A stretch of 64,000 bases of DNA from a virus (taxonomy: Duplodnaviria > Caudoviricetes), in the IMG/VR virus record IMGVR_UViG_3300033121_001571; one strand, 5' to 3'. The notes beneath the pieces are model-generated. The model did no database searches. It was not told the origin of the DNA and was given only the letters and a program-made list of their open reading frames with translations. A program made the position numbers and the translations under genes. This document shows, one piece after another, positions 63,395 through 64,000 of this stretch; within the stretch, counting starts at the first letter, position 1, and each line of letters starts with the position of its first letter.

Positions 63395-63605
63395 TGAGAG
63401 CTGCCACTATAACTAGTTATGCGAAACAAGTCGCAATCAAAATGATCAACGTAAATGTACTCTGTTTGCTGTTGTTCCTAAAACAGTTTCTACAGCAATC
63501 TCTATATCACTTAGTTTTTCTAATATCTCTTTGACTTACTGAGTGACCATATCACGTTTTTCTTCTTTGGTCTTGTTTCTAATGTCATCTTTGAGCATGA
63601 CTCTT

Positions 63606-63947
63606 TTAAGTATCCAAGTTATCTCTAAGTATTGATAGTAAGTGATCGTACTCAAGTGTCTCTGCGTAACCGTCACCGGTAAATGTACGTATGTCAACAA
63701 CAACAACGCTTGCGTACCAAGATTTGATCAGTTTAAACATGACATCAGTTAACACTGTATACACCATATCATCAATCACAAATTTTTTGTCTTTTTTAAT
63801 TTGGGGTTTAACTTTGTCAGGATCAAAGTTTCCAATCACTACGATGTTTTCAGCATTATCAATGTACAGATTAGAAACATCTTCTTCTGTAACATACCAC
63901 TCTTCTTGATCAACATTTTCAATTTTTTCTGAACTAAAATCAGTCAA
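63606..63947 (-). CDS. Hypothetical acidic protein, possibly extending past the window end
   Basis: 113-aa ORF. Confidence 0.6.
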   Translation of the reverse strand: MTDFSSEKIENVDQEEWYVTEEDVSNLYIDNAENIVVIGNFDPDKVKPQIKKDKKFVIDDMVYTVLTDVMFKLIKSWYASVVVVDIRTFTGDGYAETLEYDHLLSILRDNLDT

Positions 63948-64000
63948 TACAACATTAACATATATTTCAGTGTTTACGTCATCGTTGTCATATGGATGAA

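Noticed and set aside
1-64000. Stop-codon reassignment as the cause of dnaE fragmentation
   Set aside because: Long conserved genes are intact under the standard code, TAA, TAG and TGA all end genes, and the fragments are kilobases apart with intein motifs at their ends.
1-64000. CRISPR array
   Set aside because: No regularly spaced short repeats with unique spacers were seen.

Overview
A 64-kb piece of a large, AT-rich tailed (jumbo-type myovirus-like) phage genome, coded almost entirely on the minus strand with the standard genetic code. Left to right it holds: a nucleotide-metabolism/DNA-modification block (dCMP deaminase, thymidine kinase, a thymidylate-synthase homolog with the dCMP-type Asp, an epimerase, a glycosyltransferase and a dNMP kinase); an ~18.4-kb locus encoding one DnaE (Pol III alpha) in five separate genes; RNA/nucleotide-processing genes; a replication/recombination block (NrdJ, helicase, 5'-3' exonuclease, RecA/UvsX, SSB, PolA-like); and a baseplate/tape-measure/tail-chaperone block. 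The DnaE pieces are joined by three apparently intact split inteins plus one junction where only a catalytically dead half-intein remains. The gaps between pieces hold homing-endonuclease-like genes and cargo. A second copy of one IntC-DnaE segment, created by a GC-rich insert bounded by 32-bp direct repeats, is fused to a nuclease domain and could allow alternative trans-splicing. A separate highlight is an ~420-nt structured ncRNA candidate (35429-35850, minus) with two circularly permuted tRNA-like domains, lying between an unknown-function gene and polynucleotide kinase. Other patterns: a TANTTA motif just upstream of ~16 start codons, a shared N-terminal MKI..L..LI.E leader on many unrelated proteins, a tandem array of six PH...CxCxxC paralogs, and a probable +1/-2 frameshift in the tail chaperone. 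All functional calls come from motif recognition only; no database searches were run.
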